Below are positions 13,635 to 24,139 of a DNA stretch of 64,000 nucleotides, in pieces. The DNA is from Gammaproteobacteria bacterium. Its GTDB lineage: Bacteria; Pseudomonadota; Gammaproteobacteria; Poriferisulfidales; Poriferisulfidaceae. The stretch lies in assembly GCA_026706895.1 (NCBI GenBank), contig JAPOXW010000029.1, forward strand, positions 28,335-92,334. The letters are read 5' to 3'. Position 1 is the stretch's first letter. Each line of letters begins with the position of its first letter. The position numbers and the translations under genes were made by a program. The notes below the pieces were generated by a model. It had not been told where the DNA came from and did not search any database. It saw nothing but the letters and a program-made list of their open reading frames with translations.

Positions 13635-15545
13635 ATGGAGGGAGTCCTCGAAATCAGAGACGGGTGCAATACTCCGGAGCAACTGCTCCGGAGTCTCGCG
13701 TTTGCCCGCTACCTGAAAATCTACAAGGAAGAGTTCGTCACGGACCTGACGAGCCGCGAAAAGAATCGCGACGAAGCCCAGCACAAGGCGGAGATGATCC
13801 GCAACATCACGTTGCGGGACATCACGAAGATTCTGGACGCCAACCATTTTTCTCCTGACGAACTGGAACACGCGCGCTCGGTCGTCAAGTTTCTGGACGG
13901 CGGTTTTCATCACTTCCGGAACAAGAGTTACTCGCGCCTGGTGCGCCTGCAGAACGAAGTGGTCAGTTCCGGTACGGAAAGCCAGGGCACGATCAAGGAC
14001 AAGGTGACGGAGAAGGCCGCCGAGTTGAACGACTTGGTCTTGGAGACGCGCCGCCGGCTGCTGTCGCAAGTCGGGCTGGGTTACGGGGTCCGCCGCACGC
14101 CGGGCATGGATGCTTCGCCGAACGTGACGGCTGGCGAGATCTCCGGCCACTACTGCAACATCCCCGCCGCCTACAGCATCCTGTGCCATGTGCCCCTGAC
14201 CATGGCGGCGGACATCCGCACGGGAGTGGACTACCGCACGCCAGCCAACCGGCGCGCCTATCCGTTCTTCCAACTGGATCACAACCCGCTGCACCTTGAG
14301 CATTTCAACCCGGAAGAATGGGTGTCGGTCCCGTTGCGGGTCGGACGCTGGTTGATCATCGCGTATATCCACAAGTCGCGCGGCTGCATCGAAATGGAGC
14401 CAGGCCTGCTGAACCTGTTCCCGTTCGCCGATGTCGAACAGACTTTCCCGGCGACGCGCCCTGACGGGCTGTACTTCTTCGGGGATCCGAACGGGGTCTT
14501 CGGCGAGGATCTCGGCTACTACTGGGATGAGGACAATCAGTTGTTGATCGGCTTGGTTCCGCAGCATGACGAATACAAGTACTTCGGTTATTGCAAGAAA
14601 CCCATCCTGACCCTGCACAATGTGCTTTCGATCCGTTGCGGCGATGTTCCGCTGCACTGCGGTTGCACCCGCTATCTCGTAGGTTTCGAGGGCGACGAGC
14701 CGTACATTTCGGAGATGCTGATCAAGGCGGACGACATGGGTCGGGTCGTGCTGGAGCGCGCCAACGGGGCGTCTTTCCGACGGCCGATCTTCTACGGCAC
14801 CGAAATCGGCGCCTTCGCCTGCCTGGACGGCTTCAGCGAGCAGGCGAAGCTGGCCATGGAGGGTCGGGAGGTCGGCTACAACAACCACATGGGCTCGAAC
14901 GCGCGGCAGGTCGTGCCGGTGGCCGAGGAATCCGAAGTGGCGCTGGGTAGCAATCTGGATGTGCTGTTGTACCTGAACAACTTCGACATCAAGGAAGAGG
15001 GCGAGTCGTGCATTGATACGAAGATTCCGATTCCCGAAGCCATCGAACATTTCCGCAAGGGCGAACGGGTTGCCGCGGGCAGCACCCAGACGCATCGGGG
15101 CAAGAAGGAATCCAGCTACTGGGCCAACCCGTTCCCGGCCCTGATGAGCAACGACGGCGACGTGCTGCACCCCGACCTGTACGAGCAGTTCAGCGAGACC
15201 GAGGCCTCCTTCATGAAGGACGTCGAAGCGCTGGTGGAGCGCGAGGAAATGTATCTTGGCGTTGCCTATAGCCAGTTGATGGCCGGAGTGTACGAGGGCG
15301 TCGAAGACGACGACGTCACGCGTTGCGGTTTCGCCAACCGGGAGGAGATCGAGCAGGTCGCGCCGGAGCGCCTAGCGCTCGAACTGATCCAGATGGTCAA
15401 GCAGATTGCGGTGAAGAAGCGCGAACGGCTCGGCGGTGACGCCAAGGAAGTCGACGTGACGGTGGCGCTGGTCGGCGACAGCCGCACCGGCAAGTCGGAG
15501 ACCGGAGAGAAACTGGAGGCCGTCCTCGGGCTGACGCTGGTCTGA
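13635..15545 (+). CDS. PEP carboxykinase-like protein with the P-loop at the extreme C-terminus
   Basis: YFGYCKKPILTLHN..PLH, ADDMG, YGTEIGAF, NAR and ANPF motifs match the PEPCK-like fold. Walker A GDSRTGKS at 15474-15497. Confidence 0.7.
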   Translation: MEGVLEIRDGCNTPEQLLRSLAFARYLKIYKEEFVTDLTSREKNRDEAQHKAEMIRNITLRDITKILDANHFSPDELEHARSVVKFLDGGFHHFRNKSYSRLVRLQNEVVSSGTESQGTIKDKVTEKAAELNDLVLETRRRLLSQVGLGYGVRRTPGMDASPNVTAGEISGHYCNIPAAYSILCHVPLTMAADIRTGVDYRTPANRRAYPFFQLDHNPLHLEHFNPEEWVSVPLRVGRWLIIAYIHKSRGCIEMEPGLLNLFPFADVEQTFPATRPDGLYFFGDPNGVFGEDLGYYWDEDNQLLIGLVPQHDEYKYFGYCKKPILTLHNVLSIRCGDVPLHCGCTRYLVGFEGDEPYISEMLIKADDMGRVVLERANGASFRRPIFYGTEIGAFACLDGFSEQAKLAMEGREVGYNNHMGSNARQVVPVAEESEVALGSNLDVLLYLNNFDIKEEGESCIDTKIPIPEAIEHFRKGERVAAGSTQTHRGKKESSYWANPFPALMSNDGDVLHPDLYEQFSETEASFMKDVEALVEREEMYLGVAYSQLMAGVYEGVEDDDVTRCGFANREEIEQVAPERLALELIQMVKQIAVKKRERLGGDAKEVDVTVALVGDSRTGKSETGEKLEAVLGLTLV

Positions 15546-15804
15546 CGAAGTTTTGGAAGGAGTTACTGGGCTACCGCCTAGTATAGTCGGGGCAGTTCTT
15601 TTTGCCCTAATTTTTAGATGAGATTGAGTGGAGGCAACGCGAGTGTTCAAGGTGGACCTTTCGGAGAAGAATCTCCCCATTCAGCTTGAAGAACAGCGTT
15701 TCAGCGATTTGAATCCGCGATGAACTTGACCAGGTCGTCTGGTCGCTCCGCAGAGGTTTCTTTTGTTGGTTCCGGCAAATTCGAGTCCGGTGGATTCGTT
15801 GCCA

Positions 15805-16071
15805 TTATCGCGTGTGCGTCCCACCCATCTCCAAGCCTGAGATCGCTTTATTGAAATATTTGCGAATTTGGCGACGATCCTCGAGTCTTCCCGCATGCCC
15901 ATGAAGAAACTTAAACGAATCCACGTCTTCAGGTGCGGAATGTACTTCGGAGAAAATATCAAAAAAGGCTAGTCTCCGTGACATGAAAGCATCTGCTTCC
16001 GATGAGGCGGTAAAGGAATAGATGTTGTCTACATTGAATTTTTTTGTTTTTGATTTGTTCATGGGATCCAC
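15805..16071 (-). CDS. Small hypothetical protein in an AT-rich patch
   Basis: 88-aa ORF just downstream of valS; no recognisable motif. Confidence 0.3.
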   Translation of the reverse strand: MDPMNKSKTKKFNVDNIYSFTASSEADAFMSRRLAFFDIFSEVHSAPEDVDSFKFLHGHAGRLEDRRQIRKYFNKAISGLEMGGTHTR

Positions 16072-16123
16072 TTGGAGATTGCGGTTTCCTGCAGGAGTTC
16101 TTCATTATATCCCTCTTGACATC

Positions 16124-18904
16124 TCAGGATGCAGTTTGGTTTGGGGAACCTGTACGCGCAATCCGCTCGCGCTGTTCCGCGAGTTGTGCCTGCGCAGCTT
16201 CCAGTTCCGCCAGTCGCTCACGTTCCTTTTGCACAACCGCTTCCGGGGCTCGTGATACGAATTTCTCGTTGTCCAGCTTGCTGCGAACCGTACCAAGCGC
16301 GCTATCCAGTTTCTTCAACTCCCGGTCCAGCCTGGCCAACTCGGCCTCCCGGTCGATGAGGTCGGCGAGCGGAATCAGCAAGTGCATGTTCCCGATTAAA
16401 ACCGTGGCGGCTTCCGGGGCGGTTTCACCTGGTTCCATCCAATGCACCGATTCCGGACGGGCAAGGTTCCGGATCCAGGCTTGGGTCGCTTCAAAACGTG
16501 CCTGGTCTTGCGTCGTCCAGTTCTCAAGGAGCACGGGGACCGGGCGGCCCGGCGCAATGTCCATCTCGGCCCGGGTCCGTCGGATGCCGCTGATGAACTC
16601 CTGAAGCCAGTGCATCGTCTCCAGAGTTTCGGAATCCTCCTTGATGTCTTCCGCTTCGGGCCAACTGCGAGTCATCAGGAACGCATCCGTATCGTTTTGG
16701 CGCTGCGGCAATTGCTGGTGCAACTCCTCGGTGATGAACGGCATGAACGGGTGCAGCAGGCGCAGAATCCGGTCCAGCGTCGTGTAGAGGGTGTGCAGGG
16801 TGGATTGCACGGCATCCTCCGGTGCCTCTTCGTTCAGGGTCGCCTTGGTGAATTCCAGGTACCAGTCGCAGAAGTCGTGCCAGACAAAGTCGTACAGGGT
16901 TTTTGCGGCCAGGTCGAAACGATAGGCGTCAAGGTGTTCGGTCACCGCCCGGGTCACCGCCTGCGCACGAGCCGCAATCCATCGATCAACCAGGCTGGCC
17001 TCGGCTGAGGGCGCCGACCCATCCAGTCGCTCGGCATGGATCAGCGCGAAACGCACCGCGTTCCAGAGCTTGTTGCAGAAGTTCCGGTAGCCCAGCACGC
17101 GCGGCAACTCAAAGCGCACGTCGCGCCCGAATGTCGCCTGGGTGGCGAAGCAGAAGCGCAGCGCGTCGGCCCCGCACGCCTGGAAGCCGTCCGGGAATTC
17201 CTGCCGGGTCACCCGCTCGATCGAGCCGGTCTGCTTCGGGCCCATCAGGTCCTCGACGCGCTTCTTGATCAACGCTTCCAGGTCGATGCCGTCGATGACG
17301 TCGATCGGGTCGATGGTGTTGCCCTTGGATTTCGACATCTTCTGCCCGTGCGCATCGCGCACCAGGCCGTGCACGTAGATGTCACGGAACGGCACGTCCT
17401 CCATGAAGTGCAGCCCCATCATGATCATTCGCGCAACCCAGAAGAAGATGATGTCGAAACCCGTAACCAGCACGTCGGTTGGGTAGAAGCGTTCCAGCGC
17501 CGCATCCTTCCGGGGCCAGCCGAGCGTGGAGAACGGCCACAGCGCGGAGGAGAACCAGGTGTCCAGCACGTCCTCGTCCCGGCGCAGCGGCGCATCAGTT
17601 GGAATCCCGTACTTCTCCCGGACTTCCTGCTCGTTGCGCCCCACGTGAGGTGTGCCATCGGCGTCATACCAGGCAGGGATGCGGTGTCCCCACCATAACT
17701 GGCGGCTGATGCACCAGTCCTCGATGTTTTCCATCCAGTCGTAGTAAGTCTTGCTCCAGTTCTCCGGCACGAAGCGGATGCGGCCATTGCGGACTGCCGC
17801 CAGCGCTTTTTCGGCCAGCGGGCCAGCACGGACGTACCACTGGTCGGTCAGATAGGGTTCGACCACGGCACCGCTGCGGTCGCCGCGGGGAATGGTCAGG
17901 GCATGTTCCTCGGTGCGTTTCAGCAGGCCCTGCGCTTCCAGATCTTCCAAGACTTTTTCACGCGCTTGTTCCCGGCTCAGGCCCCGGTACGCTTCGGGCG
18001 CGCCCTCGCCGAGGTGCGCGGTGTCGGTGAAGATGTTGACCAGCGGCAGGTCGTGGCGCAGTCCCACCTGGTAGTCGTTGAAGTCGTGCGCCGGTGTGAT
18101 CTTCACGCAGCCGGAACCGAACTCCGGATCGACGTAACCATCCGCCAAGATCGGGATGTCGCGCCCGGCCAGCGGCAGCCGGACGAATTTTCCAATCCAT
18201 TCCCGATAACGGGGGTCGTCGGGATGCACCGCGACCGCGGTGTCGCCCAGCATGGTTTCCGGGCGGGTGGTGGCGACCACCAGCGCTTCGTCGGAATCGA
18301 CGATGGGGTAACGCAGGTGCCACAGGTGTCCCTGTTCCTCGGAAGCGACCACCTCGAGGTCCGACAAGGCGGTGCGCAGCACCGGGTCCCAGTTGACCAG
18401 GCGCTTGCCGCGGTAGACCAGATCCTGTTCGTGCAGTTGCACGAACACTTCGCGAACCGCCTCGGACAAGCCCTCGTCCATGGTGAACCGTTCGCGGGAC
18501 CAGTCGACCGACGCGCCCATGCGGCGAAGCTGCCGGGTAATGTGTCCGCCGGATTCGCGCTTCCAGGTCCAGACTTCCTCGACGAAGGCGTCCCGGCCCA
18601 GTTCCCGGCGCGTCCGGCCTTCGCGTTCCAGTTTGCGCTCGACCACCATCTGGGTGGCGATGCCGGCGTGGTCGGTTCCCGGCTGCCACAGGGCGGCACG
18701 GCCCTGCATGCGCCGCCAGCGGGTCAGGATGTCCATCAGGGTGTCCTGAAACGCGTGACCCATGTGCAGGGTCCCGGTCACGTTCGGAGGCGGGATCACG
18801 ATGCAGAAGGGCTCGCCCTCGGCATCCGGCGCAAACGCGCCGCTTTCTTCCCAGCGTCGTCGCCAGAAAGCTTCGATCCGTTCGGGGTCGTAACTCTTGT
18901 CCAT
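16124..18904 (-). CDS. valS: Valine--tRNA ligase
   Basis: [28 protein letters not shown] and a C-terminal coiled coil. Confidence 0.99.
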   Translation of the reverse strand: MDKSYDPERIEAFWRRRWEESGAFAPDAEGEPFCIVIPPPNVTGTLHMGHAFQDTLMDILTRWRRMQGRAALWQPGTDHAGIATQMVVERKLEREGRTRRELGRDAFVEEVWTWKRESGGHITRQLRRMGASVDWSRERFTMDEGLSEAVREVFVQLHEQDLVYRGKRLVNWDPVLRTALSDLEVVASEEQGHLWHLRYPIVDSDEALVVATTRPETMLGDTAVAVHPDDPRYREWIGKFVRLPLAGRDIPILADGYVDPEFGSGCVKITPAHDFNDYQVGLRHDLPLVNIFTDTAHLGEGAPEAYRGLSREQAREKVLEDLEAQGLLKRTEEHALTIPRGDRSGAVVEPYLTDQWYVRAGPLAEKALAAVRNGRIRFVPENWSKTYYDWMENIEDWCISRQLWWGHRIPAWYDADGTPHVGRNEQEVREKYGIPTDAPLRRDEDVLDTWFSSALWPFSTLGWPRKDAALERFYPTDVLVTGFDIIFFWVARMIMMGLHFMEDVPFRDIYVHGLVRDAHGQKMSKSKGNTIDPIDVIDGIDLEALIKKRVEDLMGPKQTGSIERVTRQEFPDGFQACGADALRFCFATQATFGRDVRFELPRVLGYRNFCNKLWNAVRFALIHAERLDGSAPSAEASLVDRWIAARAQAVTRAVTEHLDAYRFDLAAKTLYDFVWHDFCDWYLEFTKATLNEEAPEDAVQSTLHTLYTTLDRILRLLHPFMPFITEELHQQLPQRQNDTDAFLMTRSWPEAEDIKEDSETLETMHWLQEFISGIRRTRAEMDIAPGRPVPVLLENWTTQDQARFEATQAWIRNLARPESVHWMEPGETAPEAATVLIGNMHLLIPLADLIDREAELARLDRELKKLDSALGTVRSKLDNEKFVSRAPEAVVQKERERLAELEAAQAQLAEQRERIARTGSPNQTAS

Positions 18905-18945
18905 TTGTCGGGCCGCCCGGAGGGGGGCGGGAGGGCGCGGCCGCC

Positions 18946-19362
18946 CTATTTCACGATCTCGTGGAGCTCCGGCTCGAAGCCGAGTTCCCGGTACTGGCGG
19001 AAGCGCATGCGGCCATGGTTCTTGGTGACGTCGTCCGGTCCCACGACTTCGGCGACCCGGTTGAACGATTCATATTCTTCCGGCATGTCGTCGGCCAGGT
19101 TGATCAGGACGTCCCGCTCCTGCGGTAGCCATGCGTCGTGGATGGTGACCCGGACGTGCGGGCTCGGGCTTTCTCCGAGGCTGTGCGCAAGAAAACTCTG
19201 GTCGCGGAAGGTCCACATCTGGGTATTCAGCGATTCAGCGGCCTGCATGTCCGGGACCCGCACGTGCACGCGATGACCCTGGGCCACGGCCTTCTCCGCG
19301 ATCTGGCAGACGATCCGCTCGCGGTGGCCTCGCTTGATGACGTAGAAGTGGACGTTCTCCAT
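18946..19362 (-). CDS. holC: DNA polymerase III chi subunit
   Basis: LW-like [24 protein letters not shown]; conserved pepA-holC-valS order. Confidence 0.92.
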   Translation of the reverse strand: MENVHFYVIKRGHRERIVCQIAEKAVAQGHRVHVRVPDMQAAESLNTQMWTFRDQSFLAHSLGESPSPHVRVTIHDAWLPQERDVLINLADDMPEEYESFNRVAEVVGPDDVTKNHGRMRFRQYRELGFEPELHEIVK

Positions 19363-19366
19363 CGGT

Positions 19367-20860
19367 TCAGGACTTCTGGGCGTCCTTCATCAGGAAATGC
19401 GTCAGCAACGGCACCGGCCGTCCGGTCGCCCCCTTGCTCTTGCCGGTATTCCAGGCGGTCCCGGCGATGTCGAGATGCGCCCACGGCGTGTCGCCGACGA
19501 AGCGCGACAGGAAGCAGGCGGCGGTGGTGGCGCCCGCGTAGCGCTCCCCGATGTTCGCGATGTCGGCGAAATTGCTGTCCAGTTCAGGCTGGTAGTCGTC
19601 CCACAGCGGAAGCGGCCAGACCCGGTCCCAACTTTCGCGTCCGGCGGCGACCAGCGCGCGCTGCACCGAATTCTGGTACGTGAACAGCCCCGAGGCATGC
19701 TTGCCCAGCGCATGCAGGCAGGCGCCGGTCAGGGTGGCGATGTCGATGATCAGGCGGGGCTTGAAGCTGAGGGCGTAATCGAGAGCGTCGCACAGGATCA
19801 GGCGGCCTTCGGCGTCGGTGTTCAGGATCTCCACGGTCTGGCCGGAGGCAGTCGTGACCACGTCGCCGGGTCGGGTGGCCCGTCCGCCCGGCATGTTCTC
19901 GGTCGCCGGGATGATGCCGACCAGGTGCTGCGGCAGATTCAATGCCGCCGCCGCCTTGAGCGTGCCGAGCACGCTGCCGGCGCCGCACATGTCGAACTTC
20001 ATTTCGTCCATCGCGGAGCTGGGTTTGATGGAAATCCCGCCCGTATCGAATGTCACGCCTTTTCCGACCAGTGCGACCGGAGCCTTGGCGCGGACTCTGC
20101 CGCGGTATTCGATGACGATCAGCTGCGGTTCTTCCGGGCTGCCCTGCGCCACGGCGAGAAATGCGCCCATATTGCGTTTTTCGAGCTCACGGCGGCCGAA
20201 CGACTTGACGGAAAAACGTGAATCTTCACGAATCAGCGAGCGGGCTTGGCGAGCCAGGTAACTCGGTGTGCAGAGGTTGGGCGGCAGGTCGCCGAGTTGC
20301 CGGGTCCAGATCATTCCGGACGCAATCGCCACGCCTTGATCCACCGCCTTGCGGACCCCGGCCCGGGTCGCCGTGGAGGCCGTGATCGTAACGGATTCCA
20401 GAGGCGTGGCCGGAGGCTTGGCGGAGGGCTTGGTCTCTTGGAAGACGTAGGCCGCGTTCTCCAGGATCAGTGCGGTCTGGCGTGCGTTCCATTGGGCGTT
20501 CCTGCCGGCGACCCTGACTTCGCCGCTGGCGAGCGTCGCCGCGACCGTGGAGTCCTTGTGCAGGGTCCGGGCGATCTGGCGCACCGTCTTCAGGAAATCG
20601 TTTTCCCCGACCTTGCCGGATTCGCCGAAACCGGCCACCAGCAGGCGCGAAGCCTTCAGCCCGGCGGGGCGATACAATGCGTTGAGAGTTTCGGCCTTGC
20701 CGGCTGCATCCTGCTGGGAGAGAAGGTCGCTGACCGCCCCGCCCGTGATCCGGTCCACGGTTCGGGCACCGGGAGTCATCTGGCCGTTTTCGTAGACGCC
20801 CACCACCAGGCAGTCGCAAGCGATTTCCGCGGGTGAGGCGGTGACGACGGAATACTTCAT
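19367..20860 (-). CDS. pepA: Leucyl aminopeptidase
   Basis: GKGVTFDTGGISIK, MKFDMCG and NTDAEGRL motifs. Confidence 0.97.
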   Translation of the reverse strand: MKYSVVTASPAEIACDCLVVGVYENGQMTPGARTVDRITGGAVSDLLSQQDAAGKAETLNALYRPAGLKASRLLVAGFGESGKVGENDFLKTVRQIARTLHKDSTVAATLASGEVRVAGRNAQWNARQTALILENAAYVFQETKPSAKPPATPLESVTITASTATRAGVRKAVDQGVAIASGMIWTRQLGDLPPNLCTPSYLARQARSLIREDSRFSVKSFGRRELEKRNMGAFLAVAQGSPEEPQLIVIEYRGRVRAKAPVALVGKGVTFDTGGISIKPSSAMDEMKFDMCGAGSVLGTLKAAAALNLPQHLVGIIPATENMPGGRATRPGDVVTTASGQTVEILNTDAEGRLILCDALDYALSFKPRLIIDIATLTGACLHALGKHASGLFTYQNSVQRALVAAGRESWDRVWPLPLWDDYQPELDSNFADIANIGERYAGATTAACFLSRFVGDTPWAHLDIAGTAWNTGKSKGATGRPVPLLTHFLMKDAQKS

Positions 20861-20882
20861 GAAGAGAACCTAGAGGCCACGT

Positions 20883-22547
20883 GTGAAGAAAGCAAATTCT
20901 ATCAAACTGCGCCCTTCCGCCTCTTTGAAAAGCCGCCTGGGCCAAGGCCTGTCCGACCTGGACCGCTATCTGTCGTCGCTGGACCGCCGCATCGCCGAGC
21001 TCGACCTTCGGCTGAGCCGGAAGATTTCGCGCGGCACGGGCAGGCTGCTGTCGCTGATGCCGCACCTTGGACGGATCGGCGGGAAGGCGCGCGCTGCGCT
21101 GGCGTCGGGCTGGTCCGGCCTGGACCGCTATCTGTCGTCGCTGGACCGCCGCATCGCCGAGCTCGACCTTCGGCTGAGCCGGAAGATTTCGCGCGGCACG
21201 GGCAGGCTGCTGTCGCTGATGCCGCACCTTGGACGGATCGGCGGGAAGGCGCGCGCTGCGCTGGCGTCGGGCTGGTCCGGCCTGGACCGCGATCTGACGT
21301 CGCTGGATCGCCGCATCGCCGACCTCGACCTTCGGCTGAGCCGGAAGATTTCGCGCGGCACGGGCAGGCTGCTGTCGCTGCTCCTGCGTCTGGGGCGGGC
21401 TGTCGGCAGGGCGCGCGGCGTGCGAGTGTCGGGCCCGTCCGGTTTCGGTTTCCGTACGGCTGGCCTGCCCGGCTCGCGCCTTTCGATCTTGGATCGCTAC
21501 CTGGTGCAGGAGCTTTTGCGCGCTGCATTTGCCGTCACCGTGGTTCTGCTGCTGCTGATCGCCAGCAAACTCTTCATGCAGCAACTCGGCTACCTGACCG
21601 AAGGCAAGTTCTCCACGGGCATCGTCTACGAACTCCTGTTCAACAAGCTTCTCGCCTACTTTGTCCACATGCTGCCGTTCCTGATGCTCCTGTCGTCGGT
21701 GCTGGCGCTTGGCCGCCTGCACCGGGACGCCGAGGTGACGGCACTGCATTCCTGCGGCTACTCCGATACCCGGTTGCTGCTGCCCATGGCATTGGTCGGC
21801 ATTCCCCTGGCCGTCATGCTGGGGGTGATGAGCCTGTACGTCACGCCCAGGCTATCGCTCGAAGCGGAACTGGCCCATCATCAGGCCCGCCTGGAGGCGG
21901 GGCTGGACCTGATGCAGGAAGGCCGGTTCATGCAGACCCGGAACGGACGCTGGGCGCTGTACGCGAGCCGGACGAAGGGACAGGTTGCGGAAGACGTGTT
22001 TTTTGCCAGCTACGATGCGGAATCGCAGCAGGTTCATATTGAAACCGCAGCCCGGGCCACCCGGGCCCGGGACCGGGAAAACGGCGTCTACGTACTGGAT
22101 TTCGAGGATGGTCGTTGGCATAGCGGCTGGCCGGGCGACGCGGACTTCCAGACCATGAAGTTCGACCGGCATCTGCTACGGGTCAGCATGGCGCCGCCGC
22201 CCAACGTCTGGACACAGACCAAATACATGACGCCGGAGCAGTTGGGGGAGGACGGTTCCGCGGCAGCCCACGCGGAATTGCAATGGCGGTGGTCCCTGCC
22301 GATCTCGCTGCTCCTGATGCTGGCGCTCGCCGTCCCGCTGTCGCGCAGTTCGGTCCGGGAAGGGAAGTACGCCCGTGCCGTCTACGCGATCGTCATCTAC
22401 CTGGTCTATGCGCAGTTCCAGTTGCTGGCGACCAGCCAGGTACGGGGCGGGAATTGGCCTGCCTGGGCGGGCGTCTGGTGGGTGCATGTGCTGATGGCCG
22501 CGGGAATCTTCCTGTTGTACCGACAAGCCCGGCGGAGTCGGACATGA
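20883..22547 (+). CDS. lptF: LPS export ABC permease LptF, with a possible ~200-aa repetitive N-terminal extension
   Basis: Core ILDRYL...LGRLHRDAEVTAL...ELQWR; divergent from pepA and upstream of lptG. The true start may be TTG 21489. Confidence 0.9.
   Translation: MKKANSIKLRPSASLKSRLGQGLSDLDRYLSSLDRRIAELDLRLSRKISRGTGRLLSLMPHLGRIGGKARAALASGWSGLDRYLSSLDRRIAELDLRLSRKISRGTGRLLSLMPHLGRIGGKARAALASGWSGLDRDLTSLDRRIADLDLRLSRKISRGTGRLLSLLLRLGRAVGRARGVRVSGPSGFGFRTAGLPGSRLSILDRYLVQELLRAAFAVTVVLLLLIASKLFMQQLGYLTEGKFSTGIVYELLFNKLLAYFVHMLPFLMLLSSVLALGRLHRDAEVTALHSCGYSDTRLLLPMALVGIPLAVMLGVMSLYVTPRLSLEAELAHHQARLEAGLDLMQEGRFMQTRNGRWALYASRTKGQVAEDVFFASYDAESQQVHIETAARATRARDRENGVYVLDFEDGRWHSGWPGDADFQTMKFDRHLLRVSMAPPPNVWTQTKYMTPEQLGEDGSAAAHAELQWRWSLPISLLLMLALAVPLSRSSVREGKYARAVYAIVIYLVYAQFQLLATSQVRGGNWPAWAGVWWVHVLMAAGIFLLYRQARRSRT
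20958..21380 (+). repeat. 162-bp tandem repeat, about 2.6 copies (54 aa per unit)
   Basis: Units start CTGGACCGC at 20958, 21120 and 21282. The first two are identical; the third is slightly diverged and partial. Confidence 0.95.
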
Positions 22548-23650
22548 GTATCCTGACTCGCCACCTGATTTGGCGCGTGCTGGTCGGGATTGGGCTGGTG
22601 GCGCTGGCCGTGGTGACGATCTTGACCTTGGTGGACCTGATTGACGAGGCGCGCCGAGTGCGTCCGGGAGGCTATTCGTTTGCGGATGCCTTATGGGTGA
22701 TCGTGCTGACCATGCCGCAGCGCATCTACGAAGTGCTGCCGGTTTCGGTGTTCATCGGCAGCCTGCTGAGTCTGGGTCAACTGGTCGCGGACAACGAGAT
22801 GACGGCATTGCGCGCATCGGGGGTGGGCGTGTGGTGGCTGTCCAGGAGGCTGCTCTCGGTGGGCCTGCTCTTGGCGCTGGCGACCATTTTCATCGGAGAG
22901 AAGATTGCTCCGGTGGGCGGGGAATTGGCCTGGGACATTCGACAGCAGCCACAGAAGGGGGCCTCGGTCGGAGAGACGCAGGGGTTATGGGTTCGCAAAG
23001 GCGACCATTACCTCCATGTGCTGCGGGGAGATCGGCGCGACCGCCTGTCTCAAGTGCTGGCGTATCGCCTGGACGCCGATGGCGCCCTGGAGCATAGCCT
23101 GCATGCGAAGAGCGCGCATCTGGCGGGCGGGCGCTGGATCCTGTCTAACGTCCGGGAAAGCGTGATCCACCCGGACGGGAGCGTGACTCGTGAGGAGCAC
23201 GCACTAAGAACCGACGTGGCTCTGCCGGATGTCGACGTGTTGGATACGATGCTGATGCCTGCTGATGAAATGCCGATCACACGCCTGAACCGCTACCTAA
23301 ACTACTTCGAGGGCGAAGAACTGGATTTGCGCCCCTACCGATTCGCTTGGTGGCAGCGCTTCGCCACGCCTCTGGCCTGCGTGGTGGTCTTGCTGCTGAC
23401 GGTTTCGTTCACTTTCACCCAGTCCCGCGGCGGGGGGCTCGGGCAGCGCATCTTCATCGGCGTGGTCAGCGGCATTGGCATCTACTTGTTCAACCGGGTG
23501 GGCGGGCACTTTGGAATGCTGATGGACTTGCCGCCTTGGCTGGCGGCATTTCTGCCGCTGGTTTTGCTTTTCCTGCTCGGTTGTGCGGTGCTGCTGGCGC
23601 AGCAGACAAATACGCGTCAGCATCCGGGCAATCTTCCCAGCCAGGCATAA
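22544..23650 (+). CDS. lptG: LPS export ABC permease LptG
   Basis: MSILTRHL start, LGQLVADNEMTALRASG, and ATGA overlap with lptF. Confidence 0.93.
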   Translation: MSILTRHLIWRVLVGIGLVALAVVTILTLVDLIDEARRVRPGGYSFADALWVIVLTMPQRIYEVLPVSVFIGSLLSLGQLVADNEMTALRASGVGVWWLSRRLLSVGLLLALATIFIGEKIAPVGGELAWDIRQQPQKGASVGETQGLWVRKGDHYLHVLRGDRRDRLSQVLAYRLDADGALEHSLHAKSAHLAGGRWILSNVRESVIHPDGSVTREEHALRTDVALPDVDVLDTMLMPADEMPITRLNRYLNYFEGEELDLRPYRFAWWQRFATPLACVVVLLLTVSFTFTQSRGGGLGQRIFIGVVSGIGIYLFNRVGGHFGMLMDLPPWLAAFLPLVLLFLLGCAVLLAQQTNTRQHPGNLPSQA

Positions 23651-23672
23651 GATCCGGATTTCCCGCTCTGTC

Positions 23673-24089
23673 TCATTCTGTTGAAACCAGCCGGGTGGCG
23701 CTCCATTGGTCGTGCCAGCAGAGCCGCGTCGCGCCGAACAGGCTCCACAGGAAACCCACTCCAAGGCAGGCCCAGGACAAGACGGCGCCCAGGCCCCGAA
23801 TCACGGCAGCCCCCCAGCCGATCCTCTGGCCATCCACGGTCTCGATGCGGACCCGCCAGGCACGCATGCCGATTGTGGCGCTGCGGGCACGCCAGCACAG
23901 GACGAAATAAGCCAACCCGACGATTGAAAGGTAGGCTTGATACAGCATGCGTTCCGGCGAACCGGGCACGGACAGGTCCAGCATGGCGAACGGGATACTG
24001 GCAGCCCACCAGATGGCGGCCAGCGCCAGGAGGTCATAGAGGATGCAACCTAATCGCCGCCAGAGGCCGATGGTATTCGCGGACGGCAT
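23673..24089 (-). CDS. RDD family membrane protein
   Basis: [22 protein letters not shown] and WHDQWSAT motifs; usual position next to lptG. Confidence 0.88.
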   Translation of the reverse strand: MPSANTIGLWRRLGCILYDLLALAAIWWAASIPFAMLDLSVPGSPERMLYQAYLSIVGLAYFVLCWRARSATIGMRAWRVRIETVDGQRIGWGAAVIRGLGAVLSWACLGVGFLWSLFGATRLCWHDQWSATRLVSTE

Positions 24090-24139
24090 TCAGCGAGTGT
24101 AACATACTGAAATGCCCGCTGTTGTATACTTTCCGCACC

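Noticed and set aside
13614-15170. 518-aa minus-strand ORF
   Set aside because: Antisense to the PEPCK-like gene, which has the recognisable motifs.
20958-21380. CRISPR array
   Set aside because: Contiguous 162-bp units with no unique spacers and no cas genes. No CRISPR array was seen anywhere in the window.
20226-21749. 507-aa minus-strand ORF spanning the repeat
   Set aside because: Overlaps pepA out of frame and lptF antisense; its length is inflated by the stop-free repeat.
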